Part shown: in pieces, positions 1 through 9,799 of the stretch
Numbering within the stretch: the stretch's first letter is position 1
Layout of the letters: each line of letters opens with the position of its first letter
Origin: Candidatus Marinacidobacterium sp.
Lineage (GTDB): Bacteria; Acidobacteriota; Vicinamibacteria; Marinacidobacterales; Marinacidobacteraceae
Direction of reading: 5' to 3'
Length of the DNA: 64,000 nucleotides
NCBI GenBank assembly: GCA_965220965.1
Contig: OZ244852.1
Coordinates: forward strand, 224,001-288,000
The notes under the pieces: model-generated
Told to the model about the DNA's origin: nothing
Database searches by the model: none
Seen by the model: only the letters and a program-made list of their open reading frames with translations
Translations under genes and position numbers: made by a program

Positions 1-1
1 C

Positions 2-583
2 GTGATGACCGGGGTGGACTACCTGATCGAACGCGGGATGGTGGACGGCGAGCGCATGGCCAAGATGGGGTGGAGCGCCGGCGGCCACATGACGAACAAG
101 ATCATCACCCACACGACCCGCTTCAAGGCGGCCTCGTCCGGGGCCGGAGCGGTGAACTGGATCTCGATGTACGGACAGAGCGACGTCCGCCACCCCCGGA
201 CGCCGTGGTTCGGGGGAACTCCCTGGCAGGAGGACGCTCCGATCGATGTCTACTGGGAGAACTCACCCCTGAAGGACATCTACCGGGTGACCACGCCCAC
301 GCTCGTGCTCGTGGGTGAGAACGACGCCCGGGTGCCGGCGCCGCAGTCCGTCGAGCTCTACCGGGCGCTGAAGACGAACGGGGTGGACACCCATCTCTAC
401 ATGGCGCCGCGCGAGGGCCACGGTTGGGCGGAGCTGCGGCACGGGCTCTTCAAGGTGAACGTCGAGATCGACTGGTTCGAGCGCCACGTGCGCGGCGTCG
501 CCTACGAGTGGGAAACCGCGCCGGGAGATGGCGGGAGAGCTACCGAGACGACGGACGACGAGAACGAGGCCGACCGGCGGTAG
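2..583 (+). CDS. S9 family (prolyl oligopeptidase/acylaminoacyl) peptidase, C-terminal part; 5' end outside window
   Basis: GWSAGG nucleophile motif, GENDARVP Asp, EGHG His. Confidence 0.9.
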   Translation: MMTGVDYLIERGMVDGERMAKMGWSAGGHMTNKIITHTTRFKAASSGAGAVNWISMYGQSDVRHPRTPWFGGTPWQEDAPIDVYWENSPLKDIYRVTTPTLVLVGENDARVPAPQSVELYRALKTNGVDTHLYMAPREGHGWAELRHGLFKVNVEIDWFERHVRGVAYEWETAPGDGGRATETTDDENEADRR

Positions 584-591
584 CGTGAGGG

Positions 592-622
592 GCCCGGGCC
601 CGCATCGCAGTGCGGCCCGGGC
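592..622. terminator. GC-rich hairpin between convergent genes, probable bidirectional terminator
   Basis: gcccgggcc-cgca...tgcg-gcccgggc inverted repeat; no U-tract. Confidence 0.45.
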
Positions 623-628
623 TTGGTG

Positions 629-1396
629 CTAGTAGCGGATGTCGCTCCGGCCCACGGTCATACCGATGTTCCCGACCCGCCGGCCCATCGTGTAGTGCTC
701 GCCGCTTCCGGCGGTCATGCCGAAGAAGTCCACACCGGGCACGACCAGCCGGCCGTCGTCGTCCACCGCGTTCCCGGCGGCGGTCGTGGCCACGACCTCC
801 GCGATGAACACCTTGCGCACCGGCGGGACCTCGAGCGAGGCGATCACCCGGCACTCGCAGTGGATGGGTGATTCCTCGACGGTCGGCGCGTCGATCGCGC
901 TGGCGGCGCCCCGGGTCAGACCCGAGAGCGCGAACTTGTCTGCGACCCGCCCCGAGTTCATGTCGACGGTGTCGAAGGCCTCCACCATGGACGCAAGCGG
1001 GACGTTCAGCACGAACTCGCTGTGAAGTTCGAGAAGCTCCCGGGCCTGATGCTCGAGGCCGGCGCTCACGCCGATCTGCGGCGGGTCGCCATTCACAACG
1101 AAGGTCCACAGCACCGAGATCTCGTCGGGGTCGCCGGGGCGGCCGTTCACGGTGAGCAGGATCGCCGGAACCGGCGGAATCATCGGCCCCGGCGCCGCCA
1201 GCGCGCGGCGTGGACCGCTGATCGGCGGTTGTGCGGGGGGCGGGCCTCCAGGATTCTGCCCGGCTGCTTCCGGCGTGTCGGATCGCCCCGGAGCGCCCGG
1301 CGCGCAGCCCCAGACGGCCGCGACCGCGGCCGCCGCAGACCCGGTCGCAAGGAGCCGCCGCCGCGGCCAGGAGTACGGCGAGTCCGTCGTCCTCAC
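629..1396 (-). CDS. Flavin reductase-like (split barrel) protein with Tat/lipoprotein-like signal
   Basis: EFVLNVP, DKFALSGLT, APTVEESPIHCEC, VFIAEV motifs; RRRLL...WGC N-terminus. Confidence 0.8.
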   Translation of the reverse strand: MRTTDSPYSWPRRRLLATGSAAAAVAAVWGCAPGAPGRSDTPEAAGQNPGGPPPAQPPISGPRRALAAPGPMIPPVPAILLTVNGRPGDPDEISVLWTFVVNGDPPQIGVSAGLEHQARELLELHSEFVLNVPLASMVEAFDTVDMNSGRVADKFALSGLTRGAASAIDAPTVEESPIHCECRVIASLEVPPVRKVFIAEVVATTAAGNAVDDDGRLVVPGVDFFGMTAGSGEHYTMGRRVGNIGMTVGRSDIRY

Positions 1397-2442
1397 GGGT
1401 TCGGGTCCGTGGCCCGCGGGCGCGACCCGAGAAGATTCGCGAGCGCCGGCGGAACCCGAACGCCCGGCGACGCTTCGAGCGCATCCAGCGTGGGGCTGCC
1501 CCGCAGCGCGTCATCCTCGATGGCCTCGGCCTGGAGCTTCAGGTGGGCGAACTCGGTGGCGTCCGGGACGAGCCGCTCCCCGCGAAGGCGCGCGGGCAAC
1601 AGCTTCAGGCTGACCGTCCCGCGGACATTGCCTCCGATCGCCAGGATCCGCTCGCGGTCCGGCTCGAGGGCGACGACGATGTCGCAGTGCATCCGGGCGT
1701 TGACGCCGAGGTGGCTTCTCCGCTGGGCGACCGACCGGTAGCTGTTCCGGCGACTGGTGCAGAGCAGGTCGCCCGGCCCGAGGGCCGTTTCGCCGGGGTC
1801 GAAGGCGCGGAACGCGGCCTCCGGGGACGCCGCGTCGCGGGCCCGGATCGCCTGATCGACGTAGACGTGGTGGGCGATGGCGCGGCGGAAGCGGGCGGGG
1901 CGGTCGAGCCCGGCCTCGCACATAACCCACGAAATGAACGCCGCGGACCAGGCGTCCCGCCAGCGCGCGCCCAGACCATCGGGACCCTGCCAGCGGGTGT
2001 TCTGCCGTTCGACCATCCACGCGCCTTCCGGAGTGGCGGCCCAGTAGCCGGCGATCGTAGCCGCCAGCCGGGCGCCCTCCCCGGGATCGACCGGCCGTCG
2101 CCACCACCGGATCCGGCTTCGCGGACGGGGGGGCGGCTCCACGGTGCGATCCACGATCGGGAACCCGAAGAAACCCCACTCCTGGATCGCCAGGTCCACG
2201 ATGCGGCGCCGGATCTCCCCGGAGGGCGCGTCGCGGCATCCGGAGAACCGCACGCTCATGCGTCCGGGCGGGCCGCTGACGAGCGCCGAGGGGGGCGTCG
2301 CGTCCAACCGCTCGGCGGGAAGCCGGTCGAGGTAGCGGGTCTCGGCGCCGACCGGAGACGCCGTCGCCACGACGACCACGGCGGCGCCGAGGAGTCGCCC
2401 GGGTCGGCGGGGGATGATCGGGAGCATCGGGCGGGTTCCCAC
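1393..2442 (-). CDS. DUF2272-domain (CHAP/NlpC-like) exported protein; start uncertain (GTG 2442 or ATG 2427)
   Basis: WSAAFISWVM, HCDIVV, AIGGNV motifs; signal peptide. Confidence 0.75.
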   Translation of the reverse strand: MGTRPMLPIIPRRPGRLLGAAVVVVATASPVGAETRYLDRLPAERLDATPPSALVSGPPGRMSVRFSGCRDAPSGEIRRRIVDLAIQEWGFFGFPIVDRTVEPPPRPRSRIRWWRRPVDPGEGARLAATIAGYWAATPEGAWMVERQNTRWQGPDGLGARWRDAWSAAFISWVMCEAGLDRPARFRRAIAHHVYVDQAIRARDAASPEAAFRAFDPGETALGPGDLLCTSRRNSYRSVAQRRSHLGVNARMHCDIVVALEPDRERILAIGGNVRGTVSLKLLPARLRGERLVPDATEFAHLKLQAEAIEDDALRGSPTLDALEASPGVRVPPALANLLGSRPRATDPNP

Positions 2443-2453
2443 CGGGTCGCCTC

Positions 2454-3461
2454 TCAACCGCGCACCTGACGGCCGGTCTCGTCGACCAGGTTGTAGCGGC
2501 GGGCGGCGTCGCGCCACGCGGGAGATTCGATGAGCGCCTGGTACTCGTCTCCCGGGAGAGCGCGGTCGGCGTAGCCCGGCCAGGTGGCGCCCTCCTGGAT
2601 GTCCTGAAGGCCCCGCTTCATCGCCCCCAGCGCGAGCCGGAGCAACTGCCCGGCGTAGAGGACGAGCGGGACGCCGTTCTCCCTCAGGGTGTCGAGCGGC
2701 GTGTCGTGGACGCTGGCGATCGCCGGACGGCCGGCGTGTTCCGAGACCGCGCCGATGCGCTCGGGCGGCAGGCCGGCGAAGAAGAGGAGGTCGGCGCCGG
2801 CTTCGACGTAGGCGGCGGCGCGGTCCATGGCCTCCGCTTCGCCGAGACCCACCGACACCGCATCGCAGCGGGCGACGAGGACCATCCCGCCGCTCCGCGC
2901 GTCGGCGGCGGCCCGCAGCCGGTCCACCATGACGTCGGTGTCCAGCAGGATGCCCCCTTCGCCGAGGTGTTTCGCCTGGACGTGATCCTCGATCATGACC
3001 GCGGCCAGCCCGCCCCGTTCGAAGCCGCGGACCGCGCGAGAGATCATGAGCGGGCTCCCGCCGCCGTCATCGGCGTCGGCGAACACCGGGACCGGGACCG
3101 AGCCGGCGATCCGGGAAGCGACTTCGATCATCTCGGTGATCGACGCCACCCCGTAGTCCGGGACTCCGAAGTTCGCGGCGTTCCCGGCGCTCCCGCCGAT
3201 CAGGACCGAGTCGAAGCCCATGTGGACGATGAGCCGCGCCGAGATAACGTCGAACGCGCCCGGGCAGATGACCGGATCAGGCGCGTCGAGCATCCGCCGG
3301 AACCGCGTCCCCATGTCGGCGGCGGCCTCGCTCTGCGCCGGGGCGCAGGCGACGCCAGCGGCGCCGCCAGCCGCCGTCATCGCGGCGGCCCCTCCCGCGC
3401 CGGCGGAGAGACGCCGGATCGCTTCCCGGCGCGGAATGGGGTGGCGGGCAGAGTTCGTCAT
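2454..3461 (-). CDS. Isocitrate lyase/PEP mutase superfamily enzyme with Tat-lipoprotein signal
   Basis: PGAFDVISA, ADADDGGG, IED, ARCDA, YVEAGAD; RREAIRRL...GVAC leader; start overlaps upstream stop (ATGA). Confidence 0.85.
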   Translation of the reverse strand: MTNSARHPIPRREAIRRLSAGAGGAAAMTAAGGAAGVACAPAQSEAAADMGTRFRRMLDAPDPVICPGAFDVISARLIVHMGFDSVLIGGSAGNAANFGVPDYGVASITEMIEVASRIAGSVPVPVFADADDGGGSPLMISRAVRGFERGGLAAVMIEDHVQAKHLGEGGILLDTDVMVDRLRAAADARSGGMVLVARCDAVSVGLGEAEAMDRAAAYVEAGADLLFFAGLPPERIGAVSEHAGRPAIASVHDTPLDTLRENGVPLVLYAGQLLRLALGAMKRGLQDIQEGATWPGYADRALPGDEYQALIESPAWRDAARRYNLVDETGRQVRG

Positions 3462-4348
3462 GAAGCGTCCTGTCGTGGGGCATCCAGCGCGCACCGGAAG
3501 CCGATGGTGTGGACCCGGGTGTCCGGGCGGGTGAAGTTCCGGTAGAAGACGCTGGCGATCCGTTCGTCGGTGTCCGCCCAGCTCCCCCCGCGAAACACCC
3601 GGTAGGGGGCGTCCTCGGGGCCGCGGGGCGAGTCTTCGCCGCTCACCGCGTAGAAGCCGAGGTCGTAGCCGTCGGCGACCCACTCGGCGATGTTGCCCAC
3701 CATGTCGTGGAGACCGTAGGCGTTCGCCGGGTGGGATCCGACATCCGCGGGCCCGATCGGGTGCGCGAGCCGCGCGGGTGGGGCGGGGGGCGGAGCGTCC
3801 TCGGGGTGGTCTTCGGGCGGAGGTGGGCGGTAGCTCGCGCCCCAGGGCCAGGGTTCGGCCTGCTTCCCGCCGCGGGCGGCCTTCTCCCACTCGGCCTCCG
3901 TCGGCAGCCGCTTGCCCCGGAAGGCGCAGTAGTCGCGGGCGTCGGCCCACGCGACGTTGTAGACCGGTCGCCGCGCTTCGGCCGTCGGGAAGCCCTGCCG
4001 CCAATGGAAGGGTTCTTCCCTCCCGGTGGCGCGGATGAACTCGCGGTAGGCCTCCTGCGTCACTTCCGTCCGGTCGATCCAGAACCCGGGCAGGGTCACC
4101 CGGTGGACCGGCCGGTCATCCACCCGGTCGCGCACCTGCCACCCGATCTCGTCGATGAGCCAGAGGTGGTTCCGCCCCATCCAGAACGGTCCCGGCGGGA
4201 TCCAGCAGATGTCCTCGGCCCGGTCGCCGGAGCAGTGCGCCCCGGCCGGGAGCGCGTCCTCCGCCATCGTCGGGGCGAAGCCCCCGTGACCCAGCGCCGC
4301 GAGAACCGCGGCGCCCGCGAGCCATCCGCCGACCCCGGATCCGGGCAA
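3458..4348 (-). CDS. Formylglycine-generating enzyme (SUMF1/FGE-sulfatase) family protein; TTG start inferred
   Basis: RLPTEAEWEKAARGG, NAYGLHDMVGN, RGGSW, GFRCA. Confidence 0.9.
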   Translation of the reverse strand: MPGSGVGGWLAGAAVLAALGHGGFAPTMAEDALPAGAHCSGDRAEDICWIPPGPFWMGRNHLWLIDEIGWQVRDRVDDRPVHRVTLPGFWIDRTEVTQEAYREFIRATGREEPFHWRQGFPTAEARRPVYNVAWADARDYCAFRGKRLPTEAEWEKAARGGKQAEPWPWGASYRPPPPEDHPEDAPPPAPPARLAHPIGPADVGSHPANAYGLHDMVGNIAEWVADGYDLGFYAVSGEDSPRGPEDAPYRVFRGGSWADTDERIASVFYRNFTRPDTRVHTIGFRCALDAPRQDAS

Positions 4349-4389
4349 ATGGGATTCCCGTGTCGTCTCGGTGGAGGAGCGTCGGAAAA

Positions 4390-5799
4390 CTAGAAGATCT
4401 CCGCGATCTCGTCGTCGAACATCATCTCCGCGCCGCCCAGCGAGATGGAGTCCACGTAGAGGTACTCGCGGCCCGACGGAGTGTTGTGGACCGCCTTTCG
4501 CCAGTCGATGCCGAGCGCCGAGTAGATCGTGGCCACCGTGTTGTCCATGAACGGCTGGCCGGCGTGCTTCCACCCGGGGTCCACGACCTCGGAGCCGTCG
4601 TCGTTGGTGCGGCCCACCACGCGGCCGCCTACGACCCCGCCGCCGGCGAACATCGTCGTGTAGGCGAAGCGGTAGTGGTCGCGTCCCATGACCGGGTTCA
4701 TTTCCGGGGTGCGGCCGAACTCGCTCGCCACCACGACGAGGGTCTCGTCGAGGAGCGTCGTTCCCGGTTCGCTGCCGGGGCGCGCGGCGAGGTCGGCGAG
4801 CAGCGCCGAGAACCCCTTGTCCAGGCGCGGACAGGTCGTGTAGTGGTTCCAGCGCCGGGAGCGGTCGAAGATGCCGGCGTGGTGGTCCCACTTGTCCCCG
4901 TCATAGATGTAGATGAAACGGGTTCCGGCGTCCGCTTCGATCAGGTTCCGGGCCAGGATGCAGCCCAGGCCGAACTCGTCCTCGCCGTAGCGCTGCCGGT
5001 CCCCGGCCGAGGCGCGGAAGAGCTCCGGCCAGCGGGGATCGGTCAGCAGGCCATAGGCCGCGTCGTAGTAGGCCCGGTAGTCGCTCGCCTTCCGGCCCAG
5101 CGAGGCGCGCTCGGCGGCGGAGGTCTCGGCGAGCTGGTTCAGCAGCCGGAACCGCTCCTCGAGCACCCGCTGGCTCCCTTCCGCGCTCCCGCCGAAGGCC
5201 TCGAAGACCGTCGTGGGATCGAGGTCGAGCCCGGAGAACCGGGTCGGCAGGAATCCGGCGCCGATGGAGCCCGCCCGCGCCCGGGTGAGGTAGGTGCTGA
5301 CGTAGGTCGGGAAGGTGTCCGTGTCCCGCCGCTCGCCGTCGAGCTCGTAGGCGATGATGCTGCCGAAGGCGGGGATCTCGCGGGCGAGGGCCACGTTCAG
5401 CGCCCGTCCGGTCTGGGTGTGGTACTGCCCGTTGAAGTGGATCAGCTCGGGGGCCCGCATCGAGCGGACGAACGCCACCTGGTCGATCCACTGCTGGTAG
5501 TTCGGAAACAGCGTCCGGGAGAGGGAGACCTCCGGGCTGACCTGGACCATGTCGAGGTCGGGCGGGGTCCACCGGGTCAGCTTGAAGTCCCAGGTGTCCA
5601 TCGGGCTGATGGCGCCGCCCATCTCGATGAAGATGCAGTAGCGGGCGCTCCGTCGCGGATCCGCCTTCCCGGTGGCGTAGGCGTTCAGCGGCCAGATCGC
5701 CTGGTTCGCCACGGTTCCGGCGAGCGCGAGGCCGCCGTACTTCAGGACCTCGCGGCGGGCGTGGAGGGTCTCGCCGACCTTCGGGTCGCAGTCACACAT
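4390..5799 (-). CDS. DUF1501 domain protein (Tat-exported)
   Basis: RREVLK Tat motif, GAISPMDTWD, WDHH, SEFGRTP, GRDH. Confidence 0.9.
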   Translation of the reverse strand: MCDCDPKVGETLHARREVLKYGGLALAGTVANQAIWPLNAYATGKADPRRSARYCIFIEMGGAISPMDTWDFKLTRWTPPDLDMVQVSPEVSLSRTLFPNYQQWIDQVAFVRSMRAPELIHFNGQYHTQTGRALNVALAREIPAFGSIIAYELDGERRDTDTFPTYVSTYLTRARAGSIGAGFLPTRFSGLDLDPTTVFEAFGGSAEGSQRVLEERFRLLNQLAETSAAERASLGRKASDYRAYYDAAYGLLTDPRWPELFRASAGDRQRYGEDEFGLGCILARNLIEADAGTRFIYIYDGDKWDHHAGIFDRSRRWNHYTTCPRLDKGFSALLADLAARPGSEPGTTLLDETLVVVASEFGRTPEMNPVMGRDHYRFAYTTMFAGGGVVGGRVVGRTNDDGSEVVDPGWKHAGQPFMDNTVATIYSALGIDWRKAVHNTPSGREYLYVDSISLGGAEMMFDDEIAEIF

Positions 5800-5815
5800 G
5801 GATCCGTCTCCGCGC

Positions 5816-7783
5816 TCAGTGGTTCAGGAGGAACTCGGGCGAGTTCAGCAGCGCCCACTGGAGATCTTCCGCGCCGCCTTGCCGGTCCCCGTCCAGCCGT
5901 TCCAGGCCCAGCTCCGACTCGGCCGCGGTGGGCGGCCGGCTCAGCGTCCCGAGGAAGAGGCCGTCCACGACCTCGTCGCTCGTCCCCGCAGAAGCCAGCA
6001 GGTCCGCGACCCGGCCTCCCGCCTCGGCGGAGACGCGTCGGGTCACGACGCCGGACTGCATCATCAGGAGCGCCTGCAGAATGGAGCCCCGGTTCCCGAC
6101 AGGGGCCGGGGTCATCCGGTTGCTCTGGAAGAAGCTCTGCATCAGGGCGTCCACCTCGGCCCCCTCGCCCCGGCCGCGTCGGCCGCCGAGATCCGAGGGG
6201 GTGGTGAGCTGCTTGACGCGCTCCACGGTGAGCCCGGCGAACCGGAACTCGGTGGAGACGCCGGTCGCCAGCGCGAGCGAGTCCACGAGCTCGGGACCGG
6301 TGAGCACCCGCACGTAGCGCCTCGGGTAGTAACCGGTCCAGTCGTCATCCCACGCGCCGTCGTAATGCGGCGAGAGCGCGTAGGCCTCGGACTTCATGAC
6401 CGTCTTGACCAGATGCCAGAAGCTGTAGCCGCTCTCCCGGAACTCCTGCGCGAGCGCCTCGAGCAGCTCGGGGTTCAGCGGACGCGGCGGCAGCGGATCC
6501 TCCTCGCCGGGCGCGAGCGAGTCCATCCGGTCGAGGTCGAAGGCGTTGTAGGGCTCGACGAAGGCGACCGTCATCAGCTTGCCCCAGACGAGGTTCGCCG
6601 CGGCGCGGGCGAACTGCGGGTGCGCGGTGAGCATCCGGGCGTAGGCGTCGCGGGGGTTTTCCCCCGGTTTCGGGGTCTCGCCGGTCAGCATGAAGGCGGG
6701 TTCGTAGGCGAGGCCCTCGAGCCTCGGGAAGCGGCCTTCGGAGAGCGTGTGGAACGGAGCGTCGTCGCCGGTGTCGTAGCCCTTCGCCAGATCGTCCACG
6801 ATGAGGTCGACCACGACGTTCTTGGAGCGGTCGTCCCAGGTCGTGATGAGCCGGACGTCCCCGAGGAAGGCGGAGTGCCGGTAGAACTCTTCGCGGGTGC
6901 GGTTCGAGAGCCACGAGTTCAGCGGTTCGAGGTGGTCCGCGCCGTCGTGGCAGGAAATGCAGGAGGTGTTGATCCCGAGGAAGACGCGCGAGACGTCTAC
7001 GTTGAACTGGTCGAGCGCGTCGAGACGGTTGTGGATCCCGTAGTCGTCCGGGCTCATCACGATCCGGCTCTTCGCCTGGTGGGAGCGGGCGAGGAACGCC
7101 AGGGGGGAGATGCTCCCGTGCGCCTTGGAGACGCCGGTCAGCAGGTCGCGCACCATCTCGTCGTAGGGACGGTCCGTGGTGAGCCACTCCTTGACCCAGC
7201 TCTGGAACGGATTCCGGACGGCCCCGACCTGGTGGGCCAGCCGGAACAGGTCGCCGAAGAACCAGGCCCACTGCTCGGCGAACTCCTCCGAGCCAACGAG
7301 GGAATCCACCAGTCGGGCGCGCTTGTCGGGGGAGTCGTCGGCGAGGAAGGCCGCCACCTGCTCCGGCGTCGGGATGAGGCCGGTGGCGTCCAGCGTGGCC
7401 CGACGGAGGAACGCGGCGTCCGAAATCGTCGCCGCTGGCCGGATCCCCAGCTCGTTCCACTGCTCCGACAGGACCTCGTCCACGATCGTGCGGCGGGGGA
7501 AAGGCCGGAAGGCGCGAGCCTTCGCCTCCGGATCCACCGGCAGACGGTCGGCGGCGGCGATGGCCCCCCGCGCCTTCTCGGCGGCGGTCTCGGCGGCCGC
7601 GGCGTCGCGGTGAGCGCTGTCGGCGCGGCGGTCGGCGGCCGCCTGCTCGTCCTGCGAGGCTTCGGCTGGCGGCGCCGGAGGCGGCTGGAGAGCGAAGGCC
7701 GCGGCGGCGCACGTCAGGAGGGCGGCGCCGCCGAGGCCCAGCCGCCCGAATCCCGTTCGGCCGGCCGCGATTCTGATCGTCAT
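5816..7783 (-). CDS. DUF1549/DUF1553 domain protein
   Basis: FLRRATLDATGLIPT, FLGINTSCISCH, NPELLEALA, C-terminal DLQWALLNSPEFLLNH. Confidence 0.9.
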   Translation of the reverse strand: MTIRIAAGRTGFGRLGLGGAALLTCAAAAFALQPPPAPPAEASQDEQAAADRRADSAHRDAAAAETAAEKARGAIAAADRLPVDPEAKARAFRPFPRRTIVDEVLSEQWNELGIRPAATISDAAFLRRATLDATGLIPTPEQVAAFLADDSPDKRARLVDSLVGSEEFAEQWAWFFGDLFRLAHQVGAVRNPFQSWVKEWLTTDRPYDEMVRDLLTGVSKAHGSISPLAFLARSHQAKSRIVMSPDDYGIHNRLDALDQFNVDVSRVFLGINTSCISCHDGADHLEPLNSWLSNRTREEFYRHSAFLGDVRLITTWDDRSKNVVVDLIVDDLAKGYDTGDDAPFHTLSEGRFPRLEGLAYEPAFMLTGETPKPGENPRDAYARMLTAHPQFARAAANLVWGKLMTVAFVEPYNAFDLDRMDSLAPGEEDPLPPRPLNPELLEALAQEFRESGYSFWHLVKTVMKSEAYALSPHYDGAWDDDWTGYYPRRYVRVLTGPELVDSLALATGVSTEFRFAGLTVERVKQLTTPSDLGGRRGRGEGAEVDALMQSFFQSNRMTPAPVGNRGSILQALLMMQSGVVTRRVSAEAGGRVADLLASAGTSDEVVDGLFLGTLSRPPTAAESELGLERLDGDRQGGAEDLQWALLNSPEFLLNH

Positions 7784-8017
7784 GAGACGCCCCTGACCCC
7801 ACCCGCAATTTCAGGATGATACGGGAGTTTCGCGCGCCGTTTCAACGCGCTTCCCGGAAGGTTGGCGGGCCGCCGGCCTGGTGCGGCGGGGGGTCGGGCG
7901 GCGCTCCCGTTCGCCCGGGTCGGGGAGTCTGTGATACACACGCTCGCAAGGCGGCCCTCCGGCCGGCCGATCCGGCGCGGGAGCCGGGCGGGGCGCGGAG
8001 CGGCCCGGGAGCCGGCC

Positions 8018-9799
8018 ATGCGCCTCGTTCGCTCGATCCTGCTGGTGGTCCTCGTGACCTCCGCGACCCCCGTCGCGGCCGGGCAACTGGCGTCGATTCC
8101 GCCCGACCTGGACTTCGACTTCGAGGTGTGGCCGTATCCGCTCCACGCGGAGGTCTCCGCCCGCCTCGACGAGCTGGCGGCCAGCCACCCGAACCTGGCC
8201 CGGGCCCACATCATCGGGAAGAGCCGGAAGGGGCGCGATCTCCAGGTCCTCGAGATCACGAACTTCGCGACCGGTCCGGGCGAGGAGAAACCGGGTCTCT
8301 GGCTCGACGGGAACATCCACGCCCGCGAGATCACCGGCCGCCAGATGATGTGGTACCTCGCCGAAGCGCTGCTGGCGAACTACGGCAGGGACCCGGTCGT
8401 CACCGAGATCCTCGACACCCGGACCTTCTACGTCATGCCCATCTTCGACGCCGACGGCGGCGAGGAGGCGCTGACGCGCCACCCGGCGTGGCCGGGGCAC
8501 AACCCCGAGGAGCACAACGCCGAGGATCTCGACGGAGACGGGTTCATCACTCAGATGCGCGTGCGCGACCCGGAGGGGAACTACTACCCGAGCCACATCG
8601 ACGAGCGGCTCATGCTCCAGGTCCGGGACCGGACGGGCGGCCGGTGGAACTTCGTCCCCACGACGCTCGAGGAGCCCGAGGAGTTCGAGGACGAGCTCGC
8701 CCCGCCGGACCGCCGTTACCGCGTCTACGCCGAGGGCGCCGACCTGACCCCGATGGTTACCGACGAGCGCGAGGAGACGAACTTCAACCGCAACTGGTCC
8801 GCCGAGTGGCAGCGGGGCGAGCCGGGCGCCGGGCCCTATCCGTTTTCGCTTCCCGAGGTGCGGGCGGTCGCCGAGTTCATCACCTCCCACCCGAACATCT
8901 ACTTCACCTACACGATCCACTCCGGCGGCGGCGCCCGGAACTACATCGTGCGGCCGCCGATGAGCCACCCCTTCGACTACATGCCGCCGGAAGACAACGA
9001 TTTCTACACCCGGGTGGGCGGCATCTGGTCATGGCTCAGCCGCGGCGGGGTGATGAACAACAACCACTACGCCCAGGAGGTGAAGGCCGGCCGCTACGGC
9101 GAGACGATGCATGGGTTCTCGAACGACTGGGCCTACATGCAGGTGGGGATCCACAGCCTGCTGCCGGAGATCTCCGGCGCCGGGCGGGACTACGACGAGG
9201 ACGGCTACGTGACGCAGTACGAGGTTCTGCGGTGGGTGGACGAAGAGAAGGACGGCGTCCATTTCGCCCCCTGGACCCCCTACGAGCACCCGGAACTCGG
9301 AACCGTCGAGATCGGGGGATTCCGGGGTTTGCCGCAGGGGATCGACGACCGGCTCCGGTTCGAGTCCGAGATCCACTACCAGTATCTGGTCCACATCGCC
9401 GGGCTCTCGCCGCTGCTGCGGATCGAGGAGCTCGAAGTCGAGCCCGCCGGTCCCGGCGCGCACCGGGTGACCGCCGTGCTCCGGAACCACGGCTACCTGT
9501 CCACCTATGTCACCCGGAAGGCGCTCGAGATCCGGCTGGACTACCCGATCCTGGCGCGCATCCGGGCCGACGGCGGCGAGGTCGAGGGTCCCTCGGTCGT
9601 GGACGCCGGGCACATCCTGGGGAAGCTCGCCTACATTCGCCGGTGGGGCTCCGGCGCCGACGAGTCGAGAAAGCGCATCTCCTGGACGGTGCGCGGCGAG
9701 GGGCCGATCGAGGTGACCGTCGAGGCGTGGGCGAAACGCGCCGGCCGCGCCGAGAGCACGATCACGTTGGGAGTCACCGACGCCTCGGGGCGACGCTGA
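8018..9799 (+). CDS. M14 zinc carboxypeptidase, exported
   Basis: DGNIHARE (HxxE), NFNRNW, TIHS; DxDGDG Ca-binding-like loops; signal peptide. Confidence 0.9.
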   Translation: MRLVRSILLVVLVTSATPVAAGQLASIPPDLDFDFEVWPYPLHAEVSARLDELAASHPNLARAHIIGKSRKGRDLQVLEITNFATGPGEEKPGLWLDGNIHAREITGRQMMWYLAEALLANYGRDPVVTEILDTRTFYVMPIFDADGGEEALTRHPAWPGHNPEEHNAEDLDGDGFITQMRVRDPEGNYYPSHIDERLMLQVRDRTGGRWNFVPTTLEEPEEFEDELAPPDRRYRVYAEGADLTPMVTDEREETNFNRNWSAEWQRGEPGAGPYPFSLPEVRAVAEFITSHPNIYFTYTIHSGGGARNYIVRPPMSHPFDYMPPEDNDFYTRVGGIWSWLSRGGVMNNNHYAQEVKAGRYGETMHGFSNDWAYMQVGIHSLLPEISGAGRDYDEDGYVTQYEVLRWVDEEKDGVHFAPWTPYEHPELGTVEIGGFRGLPQGIDDRLRFESEIHYQYLVHIAGLSPLLRIEELEVEPAGPGAHRVTAVLRNHGYLSTYVTRKALEIRLDYPILARIRADGGEVEGPSVVDAGHILGKLAYIRRWGSGADESRKRISWTVRGEGPIEVTVEAWAKRAGRAESTITLGVTDASGRR

